Notes under the pieces: model-generated | Database searches by the model: none | Seen by the model: the letters and a program-made list of their open reading frames with translations, nothing else | Told to the model about the DNA's origin: nothing | Assembly: GCA_028687085.1 (NCBI GenBank) | Contig: JAQUAU010000001.1 | Location: forward strand, 1 to 38,309 | Length of the DNA: 38,309 nt | Reading direction: 5' to 3' | Source: Minisyncoccota bacterium | Lineage (GTDB): Bacteria; Patescibacteriota; Minisyncoccia; Phycocordibacterales; Phycocordibacteraceae | Shown here: positions 1 to 9,061 of the stretch, one piece after another | Numbering within the stretch: position 1 is the stretch's first letter | Layout: each line of letters begins with the position of its first letter | Program-made: the position numbers and the translations under genes

Positions 1-3
1 TTC

Positions 4-76
4 GCCGTTGTAGCTCAGCTGGTAGAGCAGCTCCATGGTAAGGAGCAGGTCGTCAGTTCAAACCTGACCAACGGCT
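4..76 (+). tRNA. tRNA-Thr (anticodon GGU)
   Basis: Cloverleaf read by eye: acceptor GCCGTTG/CAACGGC, D arm GCTC-AGCTGGTA-GAGC, anticodon arm GCTCC-ATGGTAA-GGAGC (anticodon GGT), T arm GTCAG-TTCAAAC-CTGAC. No CCA is encoded. Confidence 0.85.
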
Positions 77-91
77 CAAACAGAAATAACA

Positions 92-124
92 AGACCCTTT
101 CGCTTGTACAAAGCGAAAGGGTCT
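92..124 (-). terminator. Intrinsic terminator hairpin for the minus-strand gene 138..371
   Basis: Perfect 14-bp stem (AGACCCTTTCGCTT / AAGCGAAAGGGTCT) with a 5-nt loop. On the minus strand it is followed by a T-rich tract (TGTTATTTCTG). Confidence 0.6.
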
Positions 125-137
125 GAGGCGTTGGTGG

Positions 138-371
138 TTATTCCACCGACAGGGGAGCGAAGGGCTCCATGGGTTGGGTCTTGTTCGGGTCGAAGCCAGC
201 GAAGTCGAGATTGGCAGATTGCGTCTCGGTGTCACTGTGGTCGATCTCGACACCGTGGCGAACATGCGCGTCGAGCAGATCTTGTGTCACGGCCAGGCGG
301 TCACGACCGGTCTTTGAAGCGATGTCACCGGCACGGAGCTTGATTGCACCGAGAGGGACTTTTTTGCACAT
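138..371 (-). CDS. Hypothetical protein (77 aa)
   Basis: ORF preceded by GGAGGAAATC-ATG (strong SD) and followed by the hairpin at 92..124. I recognise no family. Confidence 0.55.
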   Translation of the reverse strand: MCKKVPLGAIKLRAGDIASKTGRDRLAVTQDLLDAHVRHGVEIDHSDTETQSANLDFAGFDPNKTQPMEPFAPLSVE

Positions 372-568
372 GATTTCCTCCAGAACGTTGAAAGGTACTG
401 CAATGCCTATTATATACTATAACAATACAAATGTCAATACATAGGATTATATGCTGCTTTTTCAGATAAGGATTGTATGGTAGAAATGTGTGTATTGCCG
501 GAGTAAGTAAGCTTGCTCCGGCTGCGTTCGGAAAATATAATCAAGTGCCATCATATTATTCCTCACTT

Positions 569-644
569 GCCGGAGTAGCTCAGTTGGTAGAGCATTCGCA
601 TCGTAAGCGAAAGTGCGTCGGTTCAAGTCCGACCTCCGGCTCCA
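569..644 (+). tRNA. tRNA-Thr (anticodon CGU), CCA encoded
   Basis: Acceptor GCCGGAG/CTCCGGC, D arm GCTC-AGTTGGTA-GAGC, anticodon arm TTCGC-ATCGTAA-GCGAA (anticodon CGT), T arm GTCGG-TTCAAGT-CCGAC, then T + CCA. Confidence 0.85.
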
Positions 645-652
645 AAATATCT

Positions 653-661
653 TGCTATACT
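653..661 (+). promoter_or_regulatory. Extended -10 element TGCTATACT, 7 nt upstream of the prfB ATG (leaderless arrangement)
   Basis: TGC+TATACT at 653..661 and ATG at 669, with no SD between them. The same TGCTAnnnT pattern recurs at 6771..6779, 28426..28434 and 31885..31893. Confidence 0.45.
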
Positions 662-668
662 CGCCAGC

Positions 669-1547
669 ATGGACGAGAAGAGCGAGAAGCGTTTGAGAGA
701 GCTCGAAGCGATGATGGCGTCGCCCGATTTCTGGGCGGATAAGAGTCAGGCGCAGGCGCTCGTGCAGGAATATCAGCATCTCAAGGAGGGCGGTTCAGGC
801 GATCCGCACGACGCCGGAAATGCGACCTTGGCGATACTCGCGGGCGCGGGCGGCGACGATGCTGAGGACTTCGCGCGGATGCTCCGCAGGATGTATGAGG
901 GATATGCCGCCAAGAAGGGGTGGCGTACGCGCGAGCTCCATGCAAACGAGAACGATCAGGGCGGCTACCGCAACGTGATGCTCGAGATCTCCGGCAGCGG
1001 CGCCTACGGCCGCTTGCGGCACGAGGCGGGCGTGCACCGGCTCGTGCGCCAGTCGCCCTTCAATGCGAACGCGAAGCGGCAGACGAGCTTCGCGCTTGTC
1101 GAAGTGCTCCCGACTCTCGTGGCGACCGACAAGGTCGAGCTCAAACCGGACGATCTCGAGATACAGTTCGCGCGCGCCGGAGGCGCGGGCGGCCAGAACG
1201 TGAACAAGCGCGAGACGGCCGTGCGCATCCTGCATGTGCCGACCAACCTCTCGGTGCACATCTCGAGCGAGCGCAGTCAGCTCGCCAACCGCGAGAAGGC
1301 GATGGAGCTCCTCGCGGCTAAGATATTTGCGAAAGAAGAGGAGATTCGCCTCGCCGCGGCCAAGGGCCGCTCTATCGCCGCCACGACCGCCAACGAGTGG
1401 GGGAGTCAGATCCGCTCCTATGTCCTCCATCCCTATAAGATGGTCAAGGACCATCGCACTGAGTACGAGTCTTCGAACCCCGAAAAGGTGCTCGAGGGCG
1501 ACCTAGACGGCTTCATAGACGCCGCCGAGGCAGGTGAGGTACAATAA
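669..1547 (+). CDS. prfB: Peptide chain release factor 2, short form (292 aa)
   Basis: SPF tripeptide ([11 protein letters not shown]) and GGQ motif ([23 protein letters not shown]). C-terminal [13 protein letters not shown] resembles E. coli RF2. The protein starts at the position equivalent to the post-frameshift part of E. coli RF2. Confidence 0.9.
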   Translation: MDEKSEKRLRELEAMMASPDFWADKSQAQALVQEYQHLKEGGSGDPHDAGNATLAILAGAGGDDAEDFARMLRRMYEGYAAKKGWRTRELHANENDQGGYRNVMLEISGSGAYGRLRHEAGVHRLVRQSPFNANAKRQTSFALVEVLPTLVATDKVELKPDDLEIQFARAGGAGGQNVNKRETAVRILHVPTNLSVHISSERSQLANREKAMELLAAKIFAKEEEIRLAAAKGRSIAATTANEWGSQIRSYVLHPYKMVKDHRTEYESSNPEKVLEGDLDGFIDAAEAGEVQ

Positions 1548-1557
1548 GGAGCGAAGC

Positions 1558-2235
1558 ATGATTTATTTCGACAAGGTGACGAAGCGATACGGGGACACGG
1601 CGGCGCTCGAAGAGGTTACTATCTCTGTCGCCCCCAAAGAGTTCGTCTCTATCGTCGGCCACTCGGGCGCAGGCAAGACCACGCTCCTCAAACTCCTTCT
1701 CGCCGAAGAGCGACCCTCCGAAGGGTCGGTTTTTTTTGAATCGATTGACATCAACGACCTTCCGAGCTCGGCCTTGCATCACTACCGCCGCAAGATCGGC
1801 ATGGTCTTTCAGGACTTCCGCCTTATCCCCAATAAGACCGCCTATGAGAACATCGCCTTTGCGATGGAGGCGGCCGGCCGCTCCGACGACGAGATCGCGA
1901 GCGACGTGCCCTATATCCTCGAGCTCGTGAATCTCTCTGACAAGGCGAAGCATTTTCCCGACCAGCTCTCGGGCGGCGAGAAGCAGCGCATCGCGATCGG
2001 CCGCGCCATCATCAACCAGCCCGATCTTATCGTCGCCGACGAGCCCACGGGGAACCTCGACCCTATCAACACCTACGAGGTCGTCGAGATCTTGAAGAAG
2101 ATCAATGAGCTCGGCACCACCGTCATCATCACCACGCACAACAAGGGCGTGGTCGACGCTGTGGGCCGGCGCGTCATCACGATTGATCGAGGGAGGATGG
2201 TGCGCGACGATGCAGAAGGGAAATATGTACTGTAA
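1558..2235 (+). CDS. ftsE: Cell-division ABC ATPase FtsE
   Basis: Walker [10 protein letters not shown], signature LSGGEKQR and Walker [15 protein letters not shown] lies 7 nt before the ATG at 1558. Directly followed by ftsX. Confidence 0.85.
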   Translation: MIYFDKVTKRYGDTAALEEVTISVAPKEFVSIVGHSGAGKTTLLKLLLAEERPSEGSVFFESIDINDLPSSALHHYRRKIGMVFQDFRLIPNKTAYENIAFAMEAAGRSDDEIASDVPYILELVNLSDKAKHFPDQLSGGEKQRIAIGRAIINQPDLIVADEPTGNLDPINTYEVVEILKKINELGTTVIITTHNKGVVDAVGRRVITIDRGRMVRDDAEGKYVL

Positions 2236-2244
2236 TATCAACCT

Positions 2245-3171
2245 ATGAAATGGATGCTCTCAAAACGGATGATGATTGCAGGAGGTAAGAATTTCGCGCG
2301 CGGCGGCGCGGTCTCGGCGGCCACCGTGCTTATCATGACCGTCACGCTCGCTATCATCGCTTCGCTTATCTTCCTTTCTGCTCTCTTGACCTACACGCTC
2401 CAGACGGTCAGCGACAAGGTCGATGTCTCCGTCTACTTTGTGACGACAGCGGCCGAGGCCGATATCCTCGCCGTGAAGGATCAGCTGCAGAAGTTGCCGC
2501 AAGTGGCGAGCGTGAGTTATACGTCTGCCGACGAAGCGCTCGTCGCGTTTCGCGAGCGGCACGCCACCGATCAGCTCACGCTCCAAGCATTGAACGAGCT
2601 CGGCGGGAACCCGCTCGATGCCTCGCTCGAGGTGCGGGCGAAGAATCCGTCGCAGTATGAGAGCATCGTGAAGTTCCTCGAAGCATCGCCGGTGCTCTCC
2701 TCGGGCGGCACCTCGATCGTCGATCGCATCAACTACGCCCAGAACAAAGAGATCATCGATCGCCTCTCGCTCGCGATACAGGCGACGCGCGAGGTGGGGA
2801 TTGCAGTCATCATCCTCTTCGCGCTCGCCTCTATCCTCATCGCCTTCGCAACGGTCCGTCTCGCGATCTATACGGCGAAAGAGGAGATTGCCGTCATGCG
2901 GCTCGTGGGTGCTTCTAATATCTATATTCAAGGGCCGTTCGTGGTGACCGGCGTCATCACGGGCGTCATCGCGTCTCTCCTGGTCCTCTTGCTCCTTCTG
3001 CCAGCGACCTGGTATGCGAGTTCTAAGACGGCCGGGTGGTTCGGCGGATTCGACGTGGCGCTCTATTATTCAGAGCATTTTGCACTCGTCTTTTCGATAC
3101 TGATGTTCTCGGGCATCTTTCTCGGTGCAGTCGCCTCGGTGCTCGCTATCAATAAGTATCTGAAGGTCTAG
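2245..3171 (+). CDS. ftsX: Cell-division permease-like protein FtsX
   Basis: 308 aa with an N-terminal TM, a large extracytoplasmic domain, then 3 C-terminal TMs. Positioned immediately after ftsE. Confidence 0.8.
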   Translation: MKWMLSKRMMIAGGKNFARGGAVSAATVLIMTVTLAIIASLIFLSALLTYTLQTVSDKVDVSVYFVTTAAEADILAVKDQLQKLPQVASVSYTSADEALVAFRERHATDQLTLQALNELGGNPLDASLEVRAKNPSQYESIVKFLEASPVLSSGGTSIVDRINYAQNKEIIDRLSLAIQATREVGIAVIILFALASILIAFATVRLAIYTAKEEIAVMRLVGASNIYIQGPFVVTGVITGVIASLLVLLLLLPATWYASSKTAGWFGGFDVALYYSEHFALVFSILMFSGIFLGAVASVLAINKYLKV

Positions 3172-3178
3172 TTCTGGT

Positions 3179-4837
3179 ATGGCGAAAGAAGGACACAAAT
3201 ACATATTCGTCCTCGGCGGAGTGATGAGCGGCGTGGGGAAGGGTGTCGTCGCGAGCTCGGTCGGCCTCTTGCTCCAGCAGAAGGGCTATCCGGTCAATCT
3301 GGTCAAAGTCGACCCCTATCTCAACGTCGATGCCGGCACGATGAACCCCACCGAGCACGGCGAGGTGTTCGTACTCAAAAGCGGCATGGAGACCGACCAG
3401 GACATGGGCAATTACGAGCGCTTTCTCGGGCGCGACCTGACGAACGAAGACTACATGACGAGCGGGATGGTGTACCAGTCGGTCATTGAGCGCGAACGCG
3501 CACTCGGCTACGGCGGCAAGTGTGTCGAAGCGCTCCCGCACGTGCGCGACGAGATACTCCGGCGCTTCGAGGCCGCCGCCGCCTACAACGGCAGCCGCGT
3601 CTCGGTGATCGAGATCGGCGGCACGATTGGCGACTTCCAGAACGCGCTCTTTATCGAGGCAGCGCGCGTGCTGAAGATGGAGTATCCCGAGGACGTGCTC
3701 TTCGTCATGGTCTCGTACTTGCCGACCCCGGGCACCCTCGGCGAGATGAAGACCAAGCCGACCCAGACGGCAGTCCGCGACTTAAACTCCTACGGCGTTC
3801 AGCCGGACTTCATCGTCGCGCGCTCGAAGGAGCCGGTTGACGAGAAGCGCAAGGAGAAGCTCGCGATCTCCTGCTCAGTGCGCAAAGACCGCATCATCAG
3901 CGCGCCGGACATTTCGAGTATCTATGAAGCGCCGCTCAACTTCGAGAAGGACCGGCTCGGCGACGCGATGCTCGATGCCTTGAAGCTCCCCGAGAAGAAG
4001 AAGGCGTCGCTTGCCGCCTGGAAGAAGTTCGCGACGGCGGTCTCAAACACCAAGGCGCCTGAGATTTCTATCGCCGTGGTCGGCAAATATTTCGATACGG
4101 GCGACTTCGTCCTCTCCGACGCCTACCTCTCGGTCATCGAGGCGATCAAGTTCTCTGCGGCCAAGCTGAATCGGCACGCGAAGATCAGCTGGGTGAATTC
4201 TAAGAAGCTTGAAGCGAAGGGTGCAAAGGCCTCGAGCCTGCTCGCGGGCTACGACGGCATCATCGTCCCGGGCGGCTTCGGCGAGAGCGGCATCGAAGGC
4301 AAGATTAAGGCGATTCAATACGCACGCGAGAAAAAGATCCCGTACTTCGGCCTCTGCTACGGCATGCAGCTCATGGTCATCGAGTATGCGAGGAACGTCG
4401 TAGGGCTCAAAGACGCGAACACCACCGAGATCAAGAAGAGTGCTGCCGACCCGGTGGTCGATGTGATGCTCGAGCAGAAGAAGCACCTCTCTGACAACAA
4501 ATACGGCGGCACGATGCGCCTCGGCTCCTACCCCTGTTACCTGAAGAAGGGCACGATGGCTCGCGCTGCGTATAAAAAAGAATTAGTAGAAGAGCGCCAT
4601 CGCCATCGCTACGAAATTAATCCGAGTTATGTGAAGCAACTCGAAGCGGCCGGCCTCGTCTTCTCGGGCACGAGCCCCGACGGCGTCTTGATGGAGATCA
4701 GTGAGCTCCCGCGCGAGACGCACCCTTTCATGCTTGGTACGCAATTCCATCCTGAGCTCCAGGCGCGCCCGCTTGATCCGCACCCGCTCTTTACCGCCTT
4801 CCTCTCCGCCGCTATCGCGAAGAGGCGCAAGAAGTAA
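3179..4837 (+). CDS. pyrG: CTP synthase
   Basis: 552 aa. N-terminal YIFVLGGVMSGVGKG, and a glutamine amidotransferase region GLCYGMQL...HRHRYEINP...FHPE. Confidence 0.95.
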   Translation: MAKEGHKYIFVLGGVMSGVGKGVVASSVGLLLQQKGYPVNLVKVDPYLNVDAGTMNPTEHGEVFVLKSGMETDQDMGNYERFLGRDLTNEDYMTSGMVYQSVIERERALGYGGKCVEALPHVRDEILRRFEAAAAYNGSRVSVIEIGGTIGDFQNALFIEAARVLKMEYPEDVLFVMVSYLPTPGTLGEMKTKPTQTAVRDLNSYGVQPDFIVARSKEPVDEKRKEKLAISCSVRKDRIISAPDISSIYEAPLNFEKDRLGDAMLDALKLPEKKKASLAAWKKFATAVSNTKAPEISIAVVGKYFDTGDFVLSDAYLSVIEAIKFSAAKLNRHAKISWVNSKKLEAKGAKASSLLAGYDGIIVPGGFGESGIEGKIKAIQYAREKKIPYFGLCYGMQLMVIEYARNVVGLKDANTTEIKKSAADPVVDVMLEQKKHLSDNKYGGTMRLGSYPCYLKKGTMARAAYKKELVEERHRHRYEINPSYVKQLEAAGLVFSGTSPDGVLMEISELPRETHPFMLGTQFHPELQARPLDPHPLFTAFLSAAIAKRRKK

Positions 4838-4845
4838 TACGTGTT

Positions 4846-4874
4846 TTGACTGTAGGGCTTAAAAGCGGCATACT
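4846..4874 (+). promoter_or_regulatory. Sigma70-like promoter TTGACT-N17-CATACT for the 4938 gene
   Basis: TTGACT at 4846..4851, a 17-nt spacer, CATACT at 4869..4874. AGGAGGGG SD lies before the ATG at 4938. Confidence 0.5.
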
Positions 4875-4937
4875 ACCGTCTGGTTGCTGTACACCAGTGG
4901 TTCAACCTGCAACAGTGCTCATCGACAGGAGGGGAAC

Positions 4938-5198
4938 ATGCCAAAAGCTCGGATTCGTGTTCACACAGACAAAAGAATACCGCCGCTGAAAGTGATACGG
5001 GGGACTCGTTACTCGCCGCCGGCCAAGACAGCGATGAAAAAGAAGCCACCGGAGATCGGCCTACGCGTCGTGGGACGCGAAATGGGTCTCTACGACGGAG
5101 AAGAGAGCGAGGTCGAGCCGGACCTGTCTCCTCCGGTCATAGGGAATGTGGAAGACGATGTCGATGCCTCAGCAATGGCTTTGAAAATGTTCGGCTGA
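4938..5198 (+). CDS. Hypothetical protein (86 aa)
   Basis: The internal ATG of ORF 4884..5198 has a strong SD (AGGAGG) and a terminator downstream. No family recognised. Confidence 0.5.
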   Translation: MPKARIRVHTDKRIPPLKVIRGTRYSPPAKTAMKKKPPEIGLRVVGREMGLYDGEESEVEPDLSPPVIGNVEDDVDASAMALKMFG

Positions 5199-5220
5199 CC
5201 TCTCAAGCCCCATATCCCCC

Positions 5221-5248
5221 AAAAGGCCGTCAGTGACGGCCTTTTTTT
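5221..5248. terminator. Bidirectional intrinsic terminator between convergent genes
   Basis: AAAA-GGCCGTC-agt-GACGGCC-TTTTTTT: a 7-bp GC stem flanked by A and T runs. Confidence 0.7.
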
Positions 5249-5993
5249 ATGAAATGGTGCGGATGACCTCGGTGAGGTGATCAACTTCTTTAAAGAATTG
5301 CTCTCCGCGCACCTCGCGCGGGCGCGCGAGGTCGACGTCGAGTATTTTTTCAACATGCCCCGGGTGTGCGCCCATGACGATAATCTGGTCAGAGAGCTCG
5401 ATAGCGTCGGGTATCAAGTGGTTCACCATGATGACGGTCATGCCGTAGCTTCGCCAGATCTTCAGGAGGTCGGTCTTGAGCGCTTCGGCGGTAATGGTGT
5501 CGAGATTTGAAAACGGTTCGTCCATGACGAGAAGATCGGGCAGTATCGCGAGCGCGCGCGCGAGCCCTACCCGCTGGCGCTGGCCGCCCGAGAGCATGGC
5601 GGGGTAATGCTTCTCGAGATGCAGGAGGCCGACCTCTTTCAACTTCTCCCGCGCGACGTGCTCGCGCTCGTGCAGGCTGGCGCCGTCCATCCGCAGGCCA
5701 AAGGCGACGTTCTCGAGCGCGGTGAGCCAAGGGAAGAGCGCATAATTCTGAAAGACCATCGCCGGTCGCGCGAAATTGCGCACGATCTCACCGCTCTCGT
5801 GTTCCATGAGGCCGAGGATGACGCGCGCGAGAGTCGATTTGCCCGCTCCCGAAGGGCCGATGATCGAGGTGAACGAGCCCTTTGCTACGCCGAAGGTGAT
5901 GTCCTTGAGCGCATAGGCACCGCGCGCTTCTTCGTCGGCGAAGCGCGCACTGACGCGCGAGAGGACGAGGGTCATCTGTTGAGTGCCGGTCAT
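5247..5993 (-). CDS. ABC transporter ATP-binding protein, NitT/TauT (SsuB/TauB-like) family
   Basis: Walker A GPSGAGKST, ALFPWLTALENVAFGL, signature LSGGQRQR, Walker B LLVMDEPF. The start at 5993 was chosen because it lies 1 nt after the permease stop; 6005 and 6026 are alternatives. Confidence 0.8.
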   Translation of the reverse strand: MTGTQQMTLVLSRVSARFADEEARGAYALKDITFGVAKGSFTSIIGPSGAGKSTLARVILGLMEHESGEIVRNFARPAMVFQNYALFPWLTALENVAFGLRMDGASLHEREHVAREKLKEVGLLHLEKHYPAMLSGGQRQRVGLARALAILPDLLVMDEPFSNLDTITAEALKTDLLKIWRSYGMTVIMVNHLIPDAIELSDQIIVMGAHPGHVEKILDVDLARPREVRGEQFFKEVDHLTEVIRTIS

Positions 5994-5994
5994 A

Positions 5995-6744
5995 TTATTC
6001 GGCATAGCGCTTCGCGCTCTCGGCAAGGAGTGGCGCCCAGATGATGCGATTTAGCACGAAGACGATGACAAGGATCGCGAGCGTGCCTGCGATCGAGGCC
6101 TGCGTGATGCCGGTGGCGCTCGCTGTCTTGATAAAATCGCCGAAGCCGGCGATATTCGTGATAATCTCTGCGCCGATGACTGCCTCCCAGCCGATGGCGA
6201 TACCGACAATAGAACCGGTGAGTATAGAAGGGTACGCAAGCGGCGCGAGATAGTAGGGGATGCGTTTTAATCCGCGTGCGCCGAATATGGTTGCCGCATC
6301 AGAGAGGTCTTTATGCGCGCTCTTGATGGTGTTGAGGACGGCGAAGAGGATAGGCCAGATAATGGAGCTCACGGCGAAGAAGATGATCATGCGATCGGTG
6401 AAGCCGAAGAAGAAGATAAAAAGAGGGATGAGGGCGAAGGAGGGGAGATTCTGCAGGACGTCAAAGAACGGGAAGAAGAAATCGGCATACGGGCTCCAGC
6501 CGACAAGCAGGGCGACGGTAATGCCGATGATAAGCGCGATGCCGTAGGCGAGTGCGAGACGGTAGGTCGTTTCGAGAACCGCCGTGCCGAGCACCGGCCA
6601 CGCGACACTGCTGAAGTCACCGAGAGTGTAGAGGAGTAGAGCGGCGCCGATGACGCCGGCCATGAGAAACCATGCGCGGCGATAGTTGCGCGCATGCGAT
6701 CGGTGCCACGCGTGGTTCTGCGGATGTCCGACGCTGCGTATCAT
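5995..6744 (-). CDS. ABC transporter permease (SsuC/TauC-like)
   Basis: 249 aa polytopic membrane protein, coupled to the downstream ATPase. No binding-protein gene is adjacent. Confidence 0.7.
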   Translation of the reverse strand: MIRSVGHPQNHAWHRSHARNYRRAWFLMAGVIGAALLLYTLGDFSSVAWPVLGTAVLETTYRLALAYGIALIIGITVALLVGWSPYADFFFPFFDVLQNLPSFALIPLFIFFFGFTDRMIIFFAVSSIIWPILFAVLNTIKSAHKDLSDAATIFGARGLKRIPYYLAPLAYPSILTGSIVGIAIGWEAVIGAEIITNIAGFGDFIKTASATGITQASIAGTLAILVIVFVLNRIIWAPLLAESAKRYAE

Positions 6745-6785
6745 GCGTTCATTCTAGCGCGTTTTGCGCGTGCTAAAATTATTTT

Positions 6786-7322
6786 ATGAACATTCATCCG
6801 CTGTTCGTACATTTTCCGATAGGGCTCTTGGTTGTGTATTCGATATTCGAGATAGGGGCGTACTTCTCTCCGGCGCTTCGCCGACAGAGCTGGCTTTTCC
6901 CCGTAAAGGCATTCCTTCTTTTTATCGGCGTTCTTGCCGCCTTTGCCGCGCTTATCACCGGCGGCATCGCCGAAGAGCTCGTTGAGGGGACGGGGCGCGC
7001 GTATATTCTCGAAATGCATTCGCCAATCGCCGGCATCACCACGGTCCTCTATCTTATCCTGGCCGCCGCGTACCTGATTCGCGTATTCGATGTTAAAGGG
7101 TGGGGGAATTATGTGGCTGGTGTCGCCAGCCCGTTCATTCGTGTCTGGAGCTTCAAGAAGTATGTCGCGCATCTTGTCTTAGACACCTGGTTTCTGCCGG
7201 TACTCGCGCTCCTCGCCCTTATCGGGATGACCATCACGGGAGCGCTGGGTGCAGCGATTGTCTACGGACCGGATGCCGATCCCTTCGTTTCTCTGGTGTA
7301 TCACTTCTTTTGGGCGCAGTAG
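6786..7322 (+). CDS. DUF2231-like membrane protein
   Basis: N-terminal HPLFVHFPIGLL motif plus 4-5 TM segments. TGCTAAAAT lies 6 nt before the ATG. Confidence 0.55.
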   Translation: MNIHPLFVHFPIGLLVVYSIFEIGAYFSPALRRQSWLFPVKAFLLFIGVLAAFAALITGGIAEELVEGTGRAYILEMHSPIAGITTVLYLILAAAYLIRVFDVKGWGNYVAGVASPFIRVWSFKKYVAHLVLDTWFLPVLALLALIGMTITGALGAAIVYGPDADPFVSLVYHFFWAQ

Positions 7323-7385
7323 CTGGTGATATAATTCTTGCTGAGAGCACGTTCGTATCTTTATTCGCTTATAGATATTTTGTGT

Positions 7386-8276
7386 ATGCATACCTCTAGA
7401 ATCATCACGGTCGCCGGCGCTTCGCTCGCCTTCCTTTTCGCGGGCGTCGCGTTCGCTCAGACTGCCGAGGTGCCCCCACCGCCCCTCTCGCCGTCGGCTG
7501 TTGTCCCTCCAGCGAAGAAACCGGCGCTTGATACGCGGGCGTCTGCGCTCACGCCTTCGCCGGTGAAGCAGGCGGCGCTAGAGAAGTTGCAGGCGGCTCG
7601 CGCAGAGGCGAAGAATAAGATGGAGACTGCCCGCGCAGATGCGCAGATGCGGGTAGAGAAGGCTCGTCTCGAAGCGCAGGCGCGCATTCAGGAGAAGAAA
7701 GAGAAGACGGCCGAGCGCCTGGCCAGTATCCAAGATGCACAGAAAAAGCAGATGGCCGAGAAGGCCGCAGCGCAATTCGAGAATCTGAACACCGTATGGA
7801 CCGACCGTTTCTTACAGCTCTTGAATCGCTATGACGACATTCTGCAGAAGATGCGCGACCGTGCCAATCTAGCTACTTCGAGCGGCAAGGAGGTGACTGC
7901 TGCCGATGCGGCGAGCAAGTCGGCAGGGACTGCGATCGAGAACGCTCGCGCCGCTGTTGTCGCACAAGCGGCAAAGAGCTACACGCTCGATGCTTCAGCT
8001 ATCGACACCGCCACCTCGACGGTCGCCTCAACGACTCCCGACCAGCAAGATCAGCAAGAGAAGTTTATGCGGAGCTTGCGAACGGCATTGCAGAATCTCC
8101 ACAAAGCTCTGTTTAAGGATCTCTTCACGCTTCGTGATGGCGTCATGAAGGATGCTCGCACGAGCGTGCAGAACGCTCTGCAGTCGCTCGGTAAGATTCC
8201 CCACATCGATACCGAGAATCCGGCGACTTCAGTTGCGCCGATTGCACCGGTCGCAACGACTACTTCAAACCAATAA
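7386..8276 (+). CDS. Secreted Ala/Gln/Lys-rich coiled-coil protein
   Basis: The signal-peptide-like start MHTSRIITVAGASLAFLFAGVAFAQT is taken at an internal ATG of ORF 7338..8276. It is followed by long amphipathic repeats (ARAEAKNKMETARADAQMRVEKARLEAQARIQ). Confidence 0.6.
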   Translation: MHTSRIITVAGASLAFLFAGVAFAQTAEVPPPPLSPSAVVPPAKKPALDTRASALTPSPVKQAALEKLQAARAEAKNKMETARADAQMRVEKARLEAQARIQEKKEKTAERLASIQDAQKKQMAEKAAAQFENLNTVWTDRFLQLLNRYDDILQKMRDRANLATSSGKEVTAADAASKSAGTAIENARAAVVAQAAKSYTLDASAIDTATSTVASTTPDQQDQQEKFMRSLRTALQNLHKALFKDLFTLRDGVMKDARTSVQNALQSLGKIPHIDTENPATSVAPIAPVATTTSNQ

Positions 8277-8288
8277 CCCTTACCTACT

Positions 8289-8747
8289 ATGGACGACAAT
8301 CAGCCAATGGGACAGATGCCGGTACCAGTCTCGGCACCGGTCGTGCCGCCAGAACCGGCAGCAGCACCGACTCCAGAGCCGACACCGGCAGCAGCAGCAC
8401 CAGCACCGGTGGCGACACCAGAGATAGTCATCACGCAGATGCCGGTGTCGTCGCACCGCAGTGTCGCCGGATATGCTATCGGCGGCATAGTGCTCCTCGT
8501 CGTTATCGCACTCGGCGTCTGGTATTTCACCAGTATGAAAGAGGCTCCGATACCGGAGGTGCCGATTGTTCTTGCGCCGGAGCCGGCGACTACCACGCCG
8601 CCGGTCATCGATCCGGCACAGCTGCCCGCGCTCGTTTCTGGCAATACGACGGCAGATATCGCGGCCGATCTTAGTCAGATCCCGGACACCTCGCTCTTGC
8701 TCGATGCAGATGCCGCCGCCGCCTCGTCTACCATCAGCGGCATATAG
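8289..8747 (+). CDS. Pro/Ala-rich single-pass membrane protein
   Basis: 152 aa with a low-complexity PAPE-rich N-terminus and one TM (YAIGGIVLLVVIALGVWYF). Confidence 0.5.
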   Translation: MDDNQPMGQMPVPVSAPVVPPEPAAAPTPEPTPAAAAPAPVATPEIVITQMPVSSHRSVAGYAIGGIVLLVVIALGVWYFTSMKEAPIPEVPIVLAPEPATTTPPVIDPAQLPALVSGNTTADIAADLSQIPDTSLLLDADAAAASSTISGI

Positions 8748-8827
8748 CCAGGCTGTTGAATAAAGGACGGTTTTCAAGTATCGTGCAGAAGTGCGCGGCG
8801 CAAGGCGCCGCGCCTGTGCGTGAGAAC

Positions 8828-8878
8828 ATTGCCGATTCGTCTAATGGCGTGTCTCTATTGCCAGATCGTCTAATGGTA
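8828..8878 (+). repeat. Two tandem fragments of the tRNA-Gln 5' half
   Basis: 8857..8878 (ATTGCCAGATCGTCTAATGGTA) is identical to 8989..9010 at the 5' end of the real tRNA. 8828..8849 matches at 17 of 22 positions. Neither fragment has an anticodon or T arm. Confidence 0.8.
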
Positions 8879-8990
8879 AGCCCTTCGGGCTTTCTGCATC
8901 GCTCGCTCGGAAAGAATAAGTGCAGACACTCATTCTTTACCTCGCTTCGCTTGCAGTAGGACCTCGGTCCTCATTCAACCGCTCTTTCAT

Positions 8991-9061
8991 TGCCAGATCG
9001 TCTAATGGTAGGACCTCAGACTCTGAATCTGAGTATCTTGGTTCGAATCCAAGTCTGGCAG
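8991..9061 (+). tRNA. tRNA-Gln (anticodon CUG)
   Basis: Acceptor TGCCAGA/TCTGGCA, D arm GTCT-AATGGTA-GGAC, anticodon arm TCAGA-CTCTGAA-TCTGA (anticodon CTG), T arm CTTGG-TTCGAAT-CCAAG. Confidence 0.85.

Noticed and set aside
473-742. ORF spanning the second tRNA-Thr.
   Set aside because: It reads straight through a well-folded tRNA gene and into prfB. No coding evidence supports it.
795-1454. Long antisense or out-of-frame ORFs inside GC-rich genes. Examples: 795..1454, 1513..2241, 2260..2931, 8280..8777, 25718..26626, 27686..28438, 28524..29306, 29327..30052, 30604..31497, 35320..35859.
   Set aside because: Each overlaps a gene with clear family motifs on the other strand or in another frame. 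Their translations are Arg/Ala/His-rich low-complexity sequence with no recognisable motifs. They are typical shadow ORFs of high-GC coding DNA.
8857-8990. Possible second tRNA-Gln or an intron-containing/split tRNA starting at 8858.
   Set aside because: Only the acceptor 5' strand and D-loop are duplicated. The following bases cannot close the D stem, and there is no anticodon or T arm. The intervening 110 nt is too short and lacks recognisable features of a group I intron. It is treated as a fragment.
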